Origin: an uncultured Bacilli bacterium
GTDB taxonomy: Bacteria; Bacillota_I; Bacilli_A; RF39; UBA660
Assembly (NCBI GenBank): GCA_944358255.1
Contig: CALVQQ010000001.1
Coordinates: 3,295 to 67,294 of the forward strand
Direction: 5' to 3'
Length of the DNA: 64,000 nucleotides
The translations under genes and the position numbers were made by a program. The notes beneath the pieces were generated by a model that was not told the DNA's origin, ran no database searches, and saw only the letters and a list, made by a program, of their open reading frames with translations. This document shows positions 11,456 through 21,627 of the stretch, in pieces. The first letter of the stretch is position 1. Each line of letters begins with the position of its first letter.

Positions 11456-12078
11456 TATTTAAGCACCTCCTCTATTTTTTTAACGCTATCAACATCTATA
11501 ACTAGGCTATTTGCATTAACTACGGCTAGTACGTTTATATTTGCCGGATTAATTGTTAATACATTTTCTAGATTTCTTGTTGCTAATAGTAATTTGTCGT
11601 CTTCTATATTAGTTACTATTAATGTTTTAGCATCTGCTTTTAATGTTTTTAAGCATCCTAATATTTCTTTTGTCTTGTTGCTTTCTATTTTTAAATTGTC
11701 AACTACAATTAATTCTTTGTTTTGGAATTTGTCTGAAAGAGCTGATTTTATTGCAATCTCTCTTTCTTTTTTGTTCATTTTTTTGTCATAACTTCTAGGT
11801 GTTGGCCCAAATACTGTTCCTCCACCTACCCATTGTGGACTTCTAATTGATCCTTGACGAGCACGGCCAGTTCCTTTTTGTCTCCAAGGTTTTCTTCCGC
11901 CACCGCTGACTTCGCTTCTGCCTTTTGTTTTAGCAGTTCCTTGTCTTAGTGATGATAATTGATTTTTTAATGCTGTTGATAATACTATTTCGTTTACTTC
12001 TGTATTCCATATAGTATCATTTAGTGTTAAATCACTTACTTTTTCACCTTTTAGATTTAATACGTCTATTTTTGCCAT
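11455..12078 (-). CDS. rplD: 50S ribosomal protein L4
   Basis: 207 aa, conserved position. Confidence 0.92.
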   Translation of the reverse strand: MAKIDVLNLKGEKVSDLTLNDTIWNTEVNEIVLSTALKNQLSSLRQGTAKTKGRSEVSGGGRKPWRQKGTGRARQGSIRSPQWVGGGTVFGPTPRSYDKKMNKKEREIAIKSALSDKFQNKELIVVDNLKIESNKTKEILGCLKTLKADAKTLIVTNIEDDKLLLATRNLENVLTINPANINVLAVVNANSLVIDVDSVKKIEEVLK

Positions 12079-12080
12079 TA

Positions 12081-12860
12081 TTATTCACCGTCCTTTTGTG
12101 TAGTTTCTTCTTCGTTGTTCTCACTTGTCTCGGCTACTGGTTCATCGATTACTTCTTCAGTAACTACTTCTTCTTTAACTTCGTTTTCAGTAACTTCTTC
12201 TATTACATATGTAACTAGTTCTTTTGCTTCGTTTTTTCCGCCTTTGATTGCACTTCTAATTAATACATATCCTTTTTTAGGTCCTGGAACGTTACCTTGT
12301 ACTAGAATGCAATTATTTTCTAAATCAACACTTATTACTTCTAGATTTTGAATAGTAACTTGTTCATTTCCCATATGTCCTGGTAATTTTTTACCTTTAA
12401 GTACTCTCATTGGTCTCATAGGTCCTCTTGAACCTACAGCTCTATGATAATGTGAACCATGTGACATTGGTCCTCTTGAGAAATTATGTCTTTTTATTGT
12501 TCCTTGGAAACCTTTACCTTTGCTTGTTCCAGTTACATCTACTAATTCTCCTGCTTCAAAAATATCTCCTGCGATTACTTGCCCTACTTCATAGTTAGAA
12601 ACATCTATTCCTTTTATTTCTTTTAAGAAGCGCTTAGGCATTGTATTTGCTTTTTTTGCATGTCCAATTTCAGGTTTATTTGATACTTTTTCTTTTTTGT
12701 CAAATGTACCTAATTGGATACTGTTATACCCGTCTTTTTCAACTGTTTTAATTTGTGTTATTACGTTTTTTTCAACTTCAATTACAGTTACAGGTATTAA
12801 TTTTCCGTCAGTTGTGAATACTTGCGTCATTCCAACTTTACGTCCTAAGATTCCTTTCAT
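12081..12860 (-). CDS. rplC: 50S ribosomal protein L3 with a roughly 50 aa acidic C-terminal extension
   Basis: N-terminal 200 aa is canonical L3 ([16 protein letters not shown]...). The C-terminus [39 protein letters not shown] is low-complexity and acidic. Confidence 0.9.
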   Translation of the reverse strand: MKGILGRKVGMTQVFTTDGKLIPVTVIEVEKNVITQIKTVEKDGYNSIQLGTFDKKEKVSNKPEIGHAKKANTMPKRFLKEIKGIDVSNYEVGQVIAGDIFEAGELVDVTGTSKGKGFQGTIKRHNFSRGPMSHGSHYHRAVGSRGPMRPMRVLKGKKLPGHMGNEQVTIQNLEVISVDLENNCILVQGNVPGPKKGYVLIRSAIKGGKNEAKELVTYVIEEVTENEVKEEVVTEEVIDEPVAETSENNEEETTQKDGE

Positions 12861-12879
12861 TTTTAACTCCTCCTAAATA

Positions 12880-13188
12880 TTATAATTTAATTTCGATATC
12901 TACTCCGCTTGGCAAGTCTAAGTGAGTTAGTGACTCGATAGTTTCCTTGCTTGGATTTTTAATATCAATTATTCTTTTGTGCGTACGCATTTCAAATTGT
13001 TCACGTGAATCTTTGTATTTGTGAACAGCTCTTAAAATTGTGATTTTGTCGATTTCTGTTGGTAGTGGAATTGGCCCACTTACTTCACCACCAGTTCTTT
13101 TTACAGTTTCAACAATTTTAGCTCCTGCTTGGTCTAAAATTCTGTGATCAAATGATTTAAGTCTGATACGAACTTTGTTATTTGACAT
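12880..13188 (-). CDS. rpsJ: 30S ribosomal protein S10
   Basis: [20 protein letters not shown]..., first gene of the S10 operon. Confidence 0.94.
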   Translation of the reverse strand: MSNNKVRIRLKSFDHRILDQAGAKIVETVKRTGGEVSGPIPLPTEIDKITILRAVHKYKDSREQFEMRTHKRIIDIKNPSKETIESLTHLDLPSGVDIEIKL

Positions 13189-13322
13189 TTGTTTACCCTC
13201 CTTCGCCTATTTTTGTTTAATAGACTTGCTCGGCGCAAATTACCTGAATACTAATTAAGTATTTCACAACTTAACCGGGTGTATCAGCAACCTTGCGTGT
13301 CTTCGCCAGTCATACATAGTCA
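13189..13322 (-). promoter_or_regulatory. 5' leader of the S10 operon, markedly GC-enriched relative to the flanks (candidate structured ribosomal-protein leader)
   Basis: About 130 nt between the predicted -10 element and the rpsJ start are unusually GC-rich for this genome (gcctatttttgtttaatagacttgctcggcgcaaat..., ccgggtgtatcagcaaccttgcgtgtcttcgccag). Confidence 0.45.
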
Positions 13323-13351
13323 ATTATATGCTAAACATGCCAAAAAATCAA
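13323..13351 (-). promoter_or_regulatory. sigma-A type promoter of the S10 operon
   Basis: On the minus strand: TTGATT (13346-13351), a 17 nt spacer, then TATAAT (13323-13328). Confidence 0.6.
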
Positions 13352-13448
13352 GCATTTTTTTAATTTCTTTTAGCAATTTAAAAACACTATTTTGCCATTA
13401 TATTATAGTAAAAAATAGTGTTTTTAAGTTTGAAACTTTAATAATTTT

Positions 13449-14138
13449 TTAATTATCTTCTAATTCTTGTATTAATTCATATACACATTTGTATTCTTTT
13501 TTACTAATTTTTTTAACTTCATGAACTGCATTCGTTACACAGTTTCCTTTGTATTCTTTTATCATTTCTATATCTTGAGGTCCATCCCCTATTACCTCAA
13601 TTTTGTTGGGATTTTCTAATTTTTCTATGTATTTTATGGATTCGGCTTTATTTGTATTTTTATTTATAATCTCTACTTTTGGTAATTTACCTCTTCTGTT
13701 TATTAAGTAAGTATTCACTAAATTAGTTTTTTTAATTTTATTATATGTGCCTATCGCATCATCAATGTTTGTAAAGGTTAACATTATTTTATTTATTTTT
13801 CCATCAAACTTTTTGCTTCCGTAATAGTTTATTTTGCGGTTTTTTTCTTTGTTAATAAGTGTTAATATCTTGTTAACAATTTCTTTTTCAATAAAATTCG
13901 TGTTAATAACTTCATTTTTGCTGTTTATAATTGTGGCTCCGTGATTAGTTATTAAATAGTTTGGAATTAATCCTTGCATATCTTTTTTTAGTCTTTGCTT
14001 TATTGATATATATGATCTGCCAGTAGCTATTACAAAAATGTTCTTTTTCATAAACTTTTTAATATGTTTTAAGTTTTTTTCTTTTTCTATAGTTAATGTA
14101 TCATCGTAGTCAGATACAAGCATTATTTTATTTTTCAT
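13449..14138 (-). CDS. HAD-superfamily (Cof-like, IIB) hydrolase
   Basis: N-terminal motif LVSDYDDTL (DxD) and 229 aa length. Overlaps the gpmI stop. Confidence 0.7.
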   Translation of the reverse strand: MKNKIMLVSDYDDTLTIEKEKNLKHIKKFMKKNIFVIATGRSYISIKQRLKKDMQGLIPNYLITNHGATIINSKNEVINTNFIEKEIVNKILTLINKEKNRKINYYGSKKFDGKINKIMLTFTNIDDAIGTYNKIKKTNLVNTYLINRRGKLPKVEIINKNTNKAESIKYIEKLENPNKIEVIGDGPQDIEMIKEYKGNCVTNAVHEVKKISKKEYKCVYELIQELEDN

Positions 14139-15648
14139 CTTTTATAATTAAGCTTTCCCCAGTCATGTAATCTGGTTTTTTTATTTCGTACATGTCTATA
14201 ATTGTAGGCACTATATCTTTTAGTGTTCCTTCATTTTTTATTTTGTAATCTGTATTGCAAAGTATAAATGGAACTTTGTTATTTGTATGGCTTGTAACTA
14301 TGTTCCCATGTTTGTCTATCATTGTTTCTGCATTTCCATGATCTGCTGTTATTATTACATCGTAAAAGTATTCGTTTGCTTTTTCATATATTTTACCTAA
14401 ACAGAAATCACAAATTTCTACCGCGTCGACTGTTGCTTTAAAGTTTCCGGTATGCCCAACCATATCAGGATTTGCAAAGTTTACCAATATAAAGTCATAA
14501 TCTTCTTCTAATACTTTTAGTGTGGTTTCTGTAACTTCTCCTAAACTCATTTCTGGTTTTAAATCGTATGTTGCAACGTTAGGTGATGGTATCAAAAATT
14601 TGTCACAATTTGGTGATGTAAAATCTTCTCCACCGTCAAAGAAATATGTAACATGTGCATATTTTTCTGTCTCAGCTATTCTGGCTTGTTTGTATTCTAA
14701 TCCGTCTATGTATTTTCCAAATGTTGTTTCAATTTTTTCTAATTTGTATGCATATGATATTTTCTTATGTATTTCAAATATTGATGCCATTTTTACTTCA
14801 TTCAGTGGTTTTGTTTTAAACCCTTTGTAATTTGGAGATATAAGCGCGTCTATAAGTTGTGTCATTCTTTCTGGTCTAAAGTTAATGAAAATTACACCGT
14901 CTTTATCTGATATTGTTTGATTTCTATTTATTATGCTTGGATTTATAAACTCATCAGTTATATTTCTTTTATAATGTTCATTCATGCATGTTTCATAGTC
15001 TCTAAATTCATTGCCTATTCCATATACCATTGCATCGTATGCTTTTTTTGTTCTTTCTAAATTATTGTCTCTATCCATAGAAAAGTATCTTCCTGAAATT
15101 GTGCTTATAGTTCCTACATTTAACTTTTTTGCCTTTTCCATAAATTCTTTTAAAAAATTTAATCCGCTTGTGGGCAATGTGTCTCTCCCATCTGTTATAA
15201 AGTGAAAACAAACATTTTTTACTTTTTGTAATTTTGCTAATGCAAGTGTTGCATAAAAATGATTAGCACTTGAATGTACTCCACCATTTGATAATAAACC
15301 TACTATATGGAGTTTTGAATTGTTTTCTTTTACATGATTCATAACTTCTATAAGAGTTTCGTTGCTAAAGAATTCTTTGCTTTTTATTTTCTCATTTATA
15401 ATTGTCAATGGTTGTTTTATTGCTTTGCCGCATCCTATTGTCATGTGTCCAACTTCTGAGTTTCCCATCTGATTTTTTGGAAGCCCTACTTCTTCTCCAC
15501 TTGCCACTAACTCGGCACACGGAAAAGCACTTGTTAATTTATTAAATACTGGTGTATTCGCACTTTTAATTGCATTCCCTTGTTCAGGTGCATTTATTCC
15601 AAAACCATCTAAAATTATTAACATTATTTTTTTCATTTGTTTCACCAT
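14128..15648 (-). CDS. gpmI: 2,3-bisphosphoglycerate-independent phosphoglycerate mutase
   Basis: 506 aa with alkaline-phosphatase-like core (…ILDGFGI…, …ITADHGN…), typical iPGM length. Confidence 0.88.
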   Translation of the reverse strand: MVKQMKKIMLIILDGFGINAPEQGNAIKSANTPVFNKLTSAFPCAELVASGEEVGLPKNQMGNSEVGHMTIGCGKAIKQPLTIINEKIKSKEFFSNETLIEVMNHVKENNSKLHIVGLLSNGGVHSSANHFYATLALAKLQKVKNVCFHFITDGRDTLPTSGLNFLKEFMEKAKKLNVGTISTISGRYFSMDRDNNLERTKKAYDAMVYGIGNEFRDYETCMNEHYKRNITDEFINPSIINRNQTISDKDGVIFINFRPERMTQLIDALISPNYKGFKTKPLNEVKMASIFEIHKKISYAYKLEKIETTFGKYIDGLEYKQARIAETEKYAHVTYFFDGGEDFTSPNCDKFLIPSPNVATYDLKPEMSLGEVTETTLKVLEEDYDFILVNFANPDMVGHTGNFKATVDAVEICDFCLGKIYEKANEYFYDVIITADHGNAETMIDKHGNIVTSHTNNKVPFILCNTDYKIKNEGTLKDIVPTIIDMYEIKKPDYMTGESLIIKDEK

Positions 15649-15667
15649 TTTTATTTTAACATATATT

Positions 15668-15692
15668 AAAAAAAAGTTCTACTTAGAGAACT
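15668..15692 (-). terminator. rho-independent terminator downstream of spo0A
   Basis: Stem AGTTCT/AGAACT with 6 nt loop overlapping the spo0A stop codon, followed on the minus strand by a run of 8 U. Confidence 0.5.
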
Positions 15693-16455
15693 AACTAATT
15701 TTAAGCATTTCTAACCTTAATTTATCCGCTATCGTTACAATAAACTCTGAATTTGTTGGCTTAGCTTTGTCTATATCAACGCTGTGTCCGAATATTTCCT
15801 CCATTAGGCTCCAATCTCCACGATTCCAACTAACTTCTATTGCATGTCTTATTGCTCTTTCTACTCTTGATACTGAAGTTTTATATTTTTGGCCTATTTC
15901 TGGATATAATTCTTTTGTAATCCCTCCAATTAAATTGGGATTTGTGTATACCAATGAAATTGCTTCTCTTATGTATTGATATCCTTTTATGTGCGAAGGA
16001 ATTCCCAATTGATGCAATATTTTTGTTATTGATATTTGTATATTATGGTCATGTAGGTCTATTACTTGTGATTGCATTTTGTTTCCTTCAATTAGTTCTA
16101 AAATCTTTTTTTCAAATTCCTTAAAATCGAATGGTTTTAACATGAAATATCTTACACCATATTCACTGACTCTTCTTATTGTATCTGGTTCATTATAAGA
16201 AGTTAATACTATAATATTTTTTTGCTTTTTTGATTTCTTTAATTCTTCTAGCACATATAATCCATCTTTTTTGGGCATTATTAAATCTAATATTAGTAAA
16301 TCATATTTGTCTTCTTCATTGAAGATTTTATCTAATGCTTCTTCTCCATCATATGCTGTTAATGCTACTTCTATTTTACTGCTTTCACGAAAGTATTCTT
16401 TTATTAATTCTACCATCGCTACATTGTCATCTACTACTAGTAATTTTGTTTTCAT
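15691..16455 (-). CDS. spo0A: sporulation master regulator Spo0A (receiver domain plus Spo0A-specific DNA-binding domain)
   Basis: N-terminal receiver (LVVDDN…D…LDLIMP). C-terminal domain carries the Spo0A signature [12 protein letters not shown]…[18 protein letters not shown]…KPTNSEFI…ADKLRLE. Confidence 0.9.
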   Translation of the reverse strand: MKTKLLVVDDNVAMVELIKEYFRESSKIEVALTAYDGEEALDKIFNEEDKYDLLILDLIMPKKDGLYVLEELKKSKKQKNIIVLTSYNEPDTIRRVSEYGVRYFMLKPFDFKEFEKKILELIEGNKMQSQVIDLHDHNIQISITKILHQLGIPSHIKGYQYIREAISLVYTNPNLIGGITKELYPEIGQKYKTSVSRVERAIRHAIEVSWNRGDWSLMEEIFGHSVDIDKAKPTNSEFIVTIADKLRLEMLKIS

Positions 16456-16539
16456 TTTTTCCCTCTCTATTCCAAAAATATTATAATATACAAATTATAT
16501 TTTTTTCCATAAGAGGTTTTATCTAGTTTTGTCTGTTTT

Positions 16540-16546
16540 TGTCGAA
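16540..16546 (+). promoter_or_regulatory. perfect 0A-box (TGTCGAA) about 90 nt upstream of spo0A
   Basis: Exact match to the Spo0A binding consensus TGNCGAA in the spo0A upstream region. A 7-mer could occur by chance. Confidence 0.35.
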
Positions 16547-16592
16547 ATTAAGTTTTATTTGTCATAAAGGTTAATTTTTATTATTTGTTATC

Positions 16593-17303
16593 TTAATTGT
16601 TTTGACTAATCTGATTAACTATTTTTTTCAATTCTTCTATATTTGCGCTTTTTTTACCAATTAGCACCCCATCTGAAATTTTTAATATTTCATTTATGTT
16701 TGTATTATCAACACTTCCGCCATAATATACTTCTATTTGAATTTCATATTTTTTTTCAAAATATTTTTTTATGTTTGTTATTATGTTTTCTATTTCTTCT
16801 ATCGCGGGTGTTTCGCCGCTTCCTATCGCCCAACTTGGTTCATAAGCTATCTTTAATTTGTTTAATTTGTCGTAATTAATTGATTTAATTAAATAATTTA
16901 ATTCTTTGTATATGTACTTAATTGGTTTTTTCATGTAGTCTAATTCGCCTACACATAAAATAGTCTCGAAACCAGCGTTTATGCTTTTAAATAATTTGTC
17001 TTTAATTTGTTCATAGTTATCTAATTTGTACTTTTTTCTCTCGCTATGGCCAATTAATGTGTAGTTTATATTCATACTTTTTAGAGATTCAAGATTTATT
17101 TCGCCGGTATATGATCCATAATTATAACTATAAAAATTTTGAGCGCCGATGTTTTTTATACCTTTGTATAATGCTATGTATGGTATTGATGGGAATGTTA
17201 CTAGTTCTATATTTTTTATTTTTATCTTCTTTAGTTCATCAATATATTTTATAGTTTCTTCATAACTTAAATAACTTTTGTGATTTAAAACTAATTTTTT
17301 CAT
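16593..17303 (-). CDS. tpiA: triosephosphate isomerase
   Basis: 236 aa TIM barrel; …IAYEPSWAIGSGETP… and …VYYGGSV… motifs. Directly downstream of pgk. Confidence 0.85.
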   Translation of the reverse strand: MKKLVLNHKSYLSYEETIKYIDELKKIKIKNIELVTFPSIPYIALYKGIKNIGAQNFYSYNYGSYTGEINLESLKSMNINYTLIGHSERKKYKLDNYEQIKDKLFKSINAGFETILCVGELDYMKKPIKYIYKELNYLIKSINYDKLNKLKIAYEPSWAIGSGETPAIEEIENIITNIKKYFEKKYEIQIEVYYGGSVDNTNINEILKISDGVLIGKKSANIEELKKIVNQISQNN

Positions 17304-17304
17304 T

Positions 17305-18444
17305 TTATTCTCCTAAAACTTCTAACCCCGGTAATTTGTCTCCGGATAGATACTCTAGTGATGCCCCACCGCCCGTTGAAATGTAATAAAAACCATATCC
17401 AAATTTTTTAACAGCATTTGCAGTGTCTCCTCCACAAACAACAGTTTTTATGTCATTTTCATACAAGCATTTTAACGTATATTTAGTTCCGTTTTCGTAT
17501 TTTTCATCCTCATACAGCCCCATTGTTCCATTTGTTAAAACAAGCGTCGCAGTAGAAAGATATTGATTAAATATTTTTATTGTCTCTGGTCCTATATCAT
17601 ATATTGTCTCATCATTATTTATTTGATTGATAGTTTTTTCTCCGTTTTCTGTTATTACGTCAATAGGTAAGATTATTTTGTTTTCATATTTTTTAATTAA
17701 ATCTGCTACATAATTACTTTTCTCGTCATCGACAAATGTTTTCCCTACGTTGTATCCTTTGACTTTTAAAAACGTCCCACACATTGCACCGCCAATTATT
17801 ACATGATCTGCAGTGCTAATCAAATTTTTTATTACACCAATTTTATCACTTACTTTGGCTCCGCCTAGTAACAATGTTTTATTTTCTGTTTTTATTTCAT
17901 TAAGTTTTTCAACTTCTTTTATGACCAAAAAGCCAGCTGCGCTTGGTAAGTATTTTGCAATTCCTACAGTCGATGCATGTGCTCGATGAGCTGATCCAAA
18001 TGCGTCCATAATAAAGATTTCTCCTAATGTGCTCCAGTATTTTGATAAACTTTCGTCACAAGTGCTTTCTAATTTATCTGGATAATCCATGTATCTTGTG
18101 TTTTCTAAAAGTAGAATTTCTCCGTTTTTTAGAAACTTAACTTTTTCTTCTAGTTTTTTACCCGTTAGTTCTTTTGAAAAAAGTATTTTTCGGTTTAATA
18201 ATTTTTCTAAAACTATTTTTACTGGTTCTAAAGTGTTTTTTTCTAAATCTTCTTTATTTTTAACTTTTCCTAAATGTGATAATAGTATTATTTTGCAATT
18301 TTTTTCTATTAAATAATTTATTGTTTTAAAACTTGCTGTAATTCTATTGTCATCTGTAACCATTCCTTCTTTAATAGGTATATTGTAGTCTACTCTCACT
18401 ATCACTGTTTTGTTTTCTAATTTTAAATCTGTTATTTTTTTCAT
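17305..18444 (-). CDS. pgk: phosphoglycerate kinase
   Basis: MKKITDLKLENKTVIVRVDYNIP... Start moved to the ATG at 18442-18444, which has SD GGTGA. The upstream ATG at 18471 lacks an RBS. Confidence 0.88.
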   Translation of the reverse strand: MKKITDLKLENKTVIVRVDYNIPIKEGMVTDDNRITASFKTINYLIEKNCKIILLSHLGKVKNKEDLEKNTLEPVKIVLEKLLNRKILFSKELTGKKLEEKVKFLKNGEILLLENTRYMDYPDKLESTCDESLSKYWSTLGEIFIMDAFGSAHRAHASTVGIAKYLPSAAGFLVIKEVEKLNEIKTENKTLLLGGAKVSDKIGVIKNLISTADHVIIGGAMCGTFLKVKGYNVGKTFVDDEKSNYVADLIKKYENKIILPIDVITENGEKTINQINNDETIYDIGPETIKIFNQYLSTATLVLTNGTMGLYEDEKYENGTKYTLKCLYENDIKTVVCGGDTANAVKKFGYGFYYISTGGGASLEYLSGDKLPGLEVLGE

Positions 18445-18491
18445 ATTTTCACCACTATTATTATAAATCATTGTTTATTTTTTTTCTATTT

Positions 18492-18674
18492 TTATTCTTG
18501 TTCGTTTAAATCATTTTTTATGTTTTTAATATCTTTGGATTTTAGTCCGGTTATTTCTTTTACCTCATCCACTTTCATTCCTAGCTTTAAAAGTTTTCTT
18601 GCAATTCTGACTTTTTCATTCATTTCTCCTAATTCAACTCCTTTTTCCAACCCTCTTTCAAATTCATCTTTCAT
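18492..18674 (-). CDS. small ORF resembling the C-terminal tail of Rpn/YhgA-like (PD-(D/E)XK) proteins; possible remnant
   Basis: 60 aa …EKGVELGEMNEKVRIARKLLKLGMKVDEVKEITGLKSKDI… matches the tail motif of that family. No upstream nuclease domain is present. Confidence 0.3.
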   Translation of the reverse strand: MKDEFERGLEKGVELGEMNEKVRIARKLLKLGMKVDEVKEITGLKSKDIKNIKNDLNEQE

Positions 18675-18930
18675 TAGAAACCTCCTTAAATTAGTTTTTA
18701 CTTTTTTTCATATTTTATTATTGTTTCTACTATTATTATTATCTAAATTTTTCATAAACTCTTTCAATAATGTACATTCCTTTACATTTTAGGTGTGTTT
18801 TCCAATAATATTACTTTTTTATATTTAATTACGGAGATTGTAAATATCGTATATTATATTCTTTTTTCAAAAATAAATAGTTTAAATATTATTTTCTAGT
18901 CATTGTAAAATGAATGTAAAGTAAACTTTT

Positions 18931-18960
18931 AAAGAAAAAACTATTGTTTATTCAATAGTT
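18931..18960 (-). terminator. rho-independent terminator downstream of gap
   Basis: Stem AACTATTG/CAATAGTT (8 bp) with loop TTTATT, followed on the minus strand by a U-run. Confidence 0.6.
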
Positions 18961-18969
18961 CGATTTTGT

Positions 18970-19965
18970 TCAGCAAATTTTAGAAATTGTTCTTATCATC
19001 TGTGCGGTATAACCAACTTCATTATCATACCACGCCACAACTTTTGCTAAAATTTTGCCATCTTTTTCTATAACATTTGTAAGCGCTGCATCCACTATTG
19101 CTCCAGCTTCATTTCCAATTACATCACTACTTACTATAGGGGCATTTGTTATTTTTATAGTTTCGTTCTGATTTTCTTTAAACATTTTATTTATTTCTTC
19201 TTTTGTAACTTTCGTTTTTAATTCTACAGTTAAATCAAGTAGTGAACCGTCTCCCACTGGGACTCTAAAGGCTACCCCATCTAATAAGTTATTAAGTTGA
19301 GGTATTACTTTTCCTATTTGGGAAGCCGCACCTGTTGATGTAGGTATTATGTTTAAAGATGCTGCCCTACCACGTCTACTTTCAATTCCTTTTTTATGAG
19401 ATATATCTAATGTTTCTTGATCATTTGTCATGGCATGTACTGTTGACATGAATCCTTTTTCTATTCCATAATTTTCGTTTAATAAGTATGCTACTGGTGC
19501 TAAACAGTTTGTTGTACATGAAGCGCAACTAATTACAGTGTCAGATTCATTTAATATGTCATCATTTACATTATATACTACTGTTTTTGCATCATCTTTA
19601 GCCGGTGCGCTTATTATTACTTTTTTTGCACCTGCATTAATATGTGCCTGACATTTTTCTTTAGATGTAAATACTCCCGTGCATTCTAAAACTATGTCAA
19701 TATCTAATTCTTTCCATGGTATATTTTCAGGCTCTCTTTCATTAAATACTCTTATTTTTTTATTATTTACAATTATGCAGTCATCTTCATAAGTTACATT
19801 ATCTTTATTGGTATGGTGTATTGAATCATATTTATACAGATATGCTAATTGCAGAGGATCACTTAAATCGTTTATTGCAACAATTTCCATATCACTCCTT
19901 TTTGATATTAATCTTAATGCAGTTCTTCCTATTCTCCCAAAACCATTAATAGCTATTCTTTTCAT
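18970..19965 (-). CDS. gap: glyceraldehyde-3-phosphate dehydrogenase
   Basis: 331 aa; NGFGRIGR Rossmann motif and catalytic SCTTNC. Confidence 0.92.
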   Translation of the reverse strand: MKRIAINGFGRIGRTALRLISKRSDMEIVAINDLSDPLQLAYLYKYDSIHHTNKDNVTYEDDCIIVNNKKIRVFNEREPENIPWKELDIDIVLECTGVFTSKEKCQAHINAGAKKVIISAPAKDDAKTVVYNVNDDILNESDTVISCASCTTNCLAPVAYLLNENYGIEKGFMSTVHAMTNDQETLDISHKKGIESRRGRAASLNIIPTSTGAASQIGKVIPQLNNLLDGVAFRVPVGDGSLLDLTVELKTKVTKEEINKMFKENQNETIKITNAPIVSSDVIGNEAGAIVDAALTNVIEKDGKILAKVVAWYDNEVGYTAQMIRTISKIC

Positions 19966-19974
19966 TATTACCTC

Positions 19975-21627
19975 CTATTCAAAATAACCATTACCTACAA
20001 ATTCTCTTAATACACTTGTGTTAGGCAATATATCTACTGGTATGTTAAAAAATCCTTTCAGAAAATTTATTAGTCTTAATGCTTCTTCATAACATTCGCT
20101 TTCAACTTTTACTGAATATAATAAAGGTATTGCATATGTCTTTAATATTCCTATTTCATATATTAATGCAGTATTGAAAACTATATCTGCTTCATTTTGA
20201 TATGGAAATACGTAACTTTCTTCAGCTTTTCTTACTATTCTCCAATTTTTTAATGTAGTTTCTGCATTATATCCTCTTTTTGAATTGTCTCTTACCATCC
20301 TTCTCAAAAGTCTCATATCTACGGTCGATATGTGATTATGTCGATCTATTCCTAATGGCGTAAAGGGACTAATGTATATTTTTAATTTATTTTCTCTTTC
20401 GATACTATTAGTTAGTCTTTCATTTAGTGTATGTAAACCTTCTATTATTATCATATCTCTATCTTTTAATGAAACGCTTTCATTTTTGTATTCTTTTTCT
20501 CCCGTAATGAAATTATATGATGGTATTTTTACACTTTCTCCATTTAATAATTTTTTTAAATGATTATTAAATAAGTCTATATCTATTGCTTCAATAATGT
20601 CGTATTCATAATTCCCATTACTATCTTTTGGCGTTTCATTTCTATCTAAAAAGTAATCATCTACAGATAGTATAAATGGATTTATTCCTCTAGCTTTTAA
20701 CTCTAATGCCATTTTTTTTGAAGTAGTTGTCTTTCCTGAACTTGATGGTCCACCAATAAGTATTAATTTTAGTTTGTTCTTATTTTTACTTATGTATTCA
20801 CCTATTTTTCTTAGGTCTTCGTTTTGTCTCATTTCGTTTAATTGTATAAATTCTTTTATTTTTCCTTTTATAATTATATTGTTTATATCGCTTAAATATC
20901 TTATATTAACTAGTTCACACCATTCGCGATACGTATTAAATTCATTAAGTACTGCTGGCACGTTATTATATTTTGGTATTTTATTATCTGTATCGATTGG
21001 GTATTGTAATATTATTCCATGAGAATTTATTTTTGTTAAGTCAAATTCTTTTAATATTCCAGTACTTATTGGCATGAAATAGTAAAAGTAGTTATAGTAA
21101 TCTAGTAATTCATATAAAGTTACAAAATCTGAACTCATTTGCTTGTAATTTTCTACTTTCTCGGTTTCATGTATGCTTTCAAAATATTTTATTGCACTTT
21201 TTCTTGATGTGCTAACTTTTTCTATTGGCAAATCTTTTTCTACTAATTCATGCATTTTTTCTTTTATTTCATCAATAGTTTCATCAGTTATGTCTTCCTT
21301 ATCTAAATATGTGTATATTCCTTTATCTATTGAATGTAATAATGATATAGTTGTGTCACTTCCATATAATTCTTTTATTGCAGTTATATAAAGATATTTT
21401 AATCCACTTATATATATTTTTCTTCCAATTCTATCATTTGTACTTATTAGTGTTATTGTAGTATCTTTTGTTAGCTCATATGAAAGTTCCACTACTTCTC
21501 CATTTATGAGAGCAGCAATAATATTTTCTGAGTCTTCAACTTGTTTTAGTAGTTCTTTTATAGTTGATTTTTCTTTTACAATAAATTTATCTAACCCATT
21601 AATAGTAATTATTATATTTTCTTTCAC
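19975..21627 (-). CDS. uridine-kinase-family P-loop nucleoside kinase fused to an N-terminal TGS/ThrRS-like domain
   Basis: 550 aa. C-terminal half has Walker A GGPSSSGKTT and uridine kinase/PRK-like motifs. N-terminal 250 aa is TGS-like. Confidence 0.55.
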   Translation of the reverse strand: MKENIIITINGLDKFIVKEKSTIKELLKQVEDSENIIAALINGEVVELSYELTKDTTITLISTNDRIGRKIYISGLKYLYITAIKELYGSDTTISLLHSIDKGIYTYLDKEDITDETIDEIKEKMHELVEKDLPIEKVSTSRKSAIKYFESIHETEKVENYKQMSSDFVTLYELLDYYNYFYYFMPISTGILKEFDLTKINSHGIILQYPIDTDNKIPKYNNVPAVLNEFNTYREWCELVNIRYLSDINNIIIKGKIKEFIQLNEMRQNEDLRKIGEYISKNKNKLKLILIGGPSSSGKTTTSKKMALELKARGINPFILSVDDYFLDRNETPKDSNGNYEYDIIEAIDIDLFNNHLKKLLNGESVKIPSYNFITGEKEYKNESVSLKDRDMIIIEGLHTLNERLTNSIERENKLKIYISPFTPLGIDRHNHISTVDMRLLRRMVRDNSKRGYNAETTLKNWRIVRKAEESYVFPYQNEADIVFNTALIYEIGILKTYAIPLLYSVKVESECYEEALRLINFLKGFFNIPVDILPNTSVLREFVGNGYFE

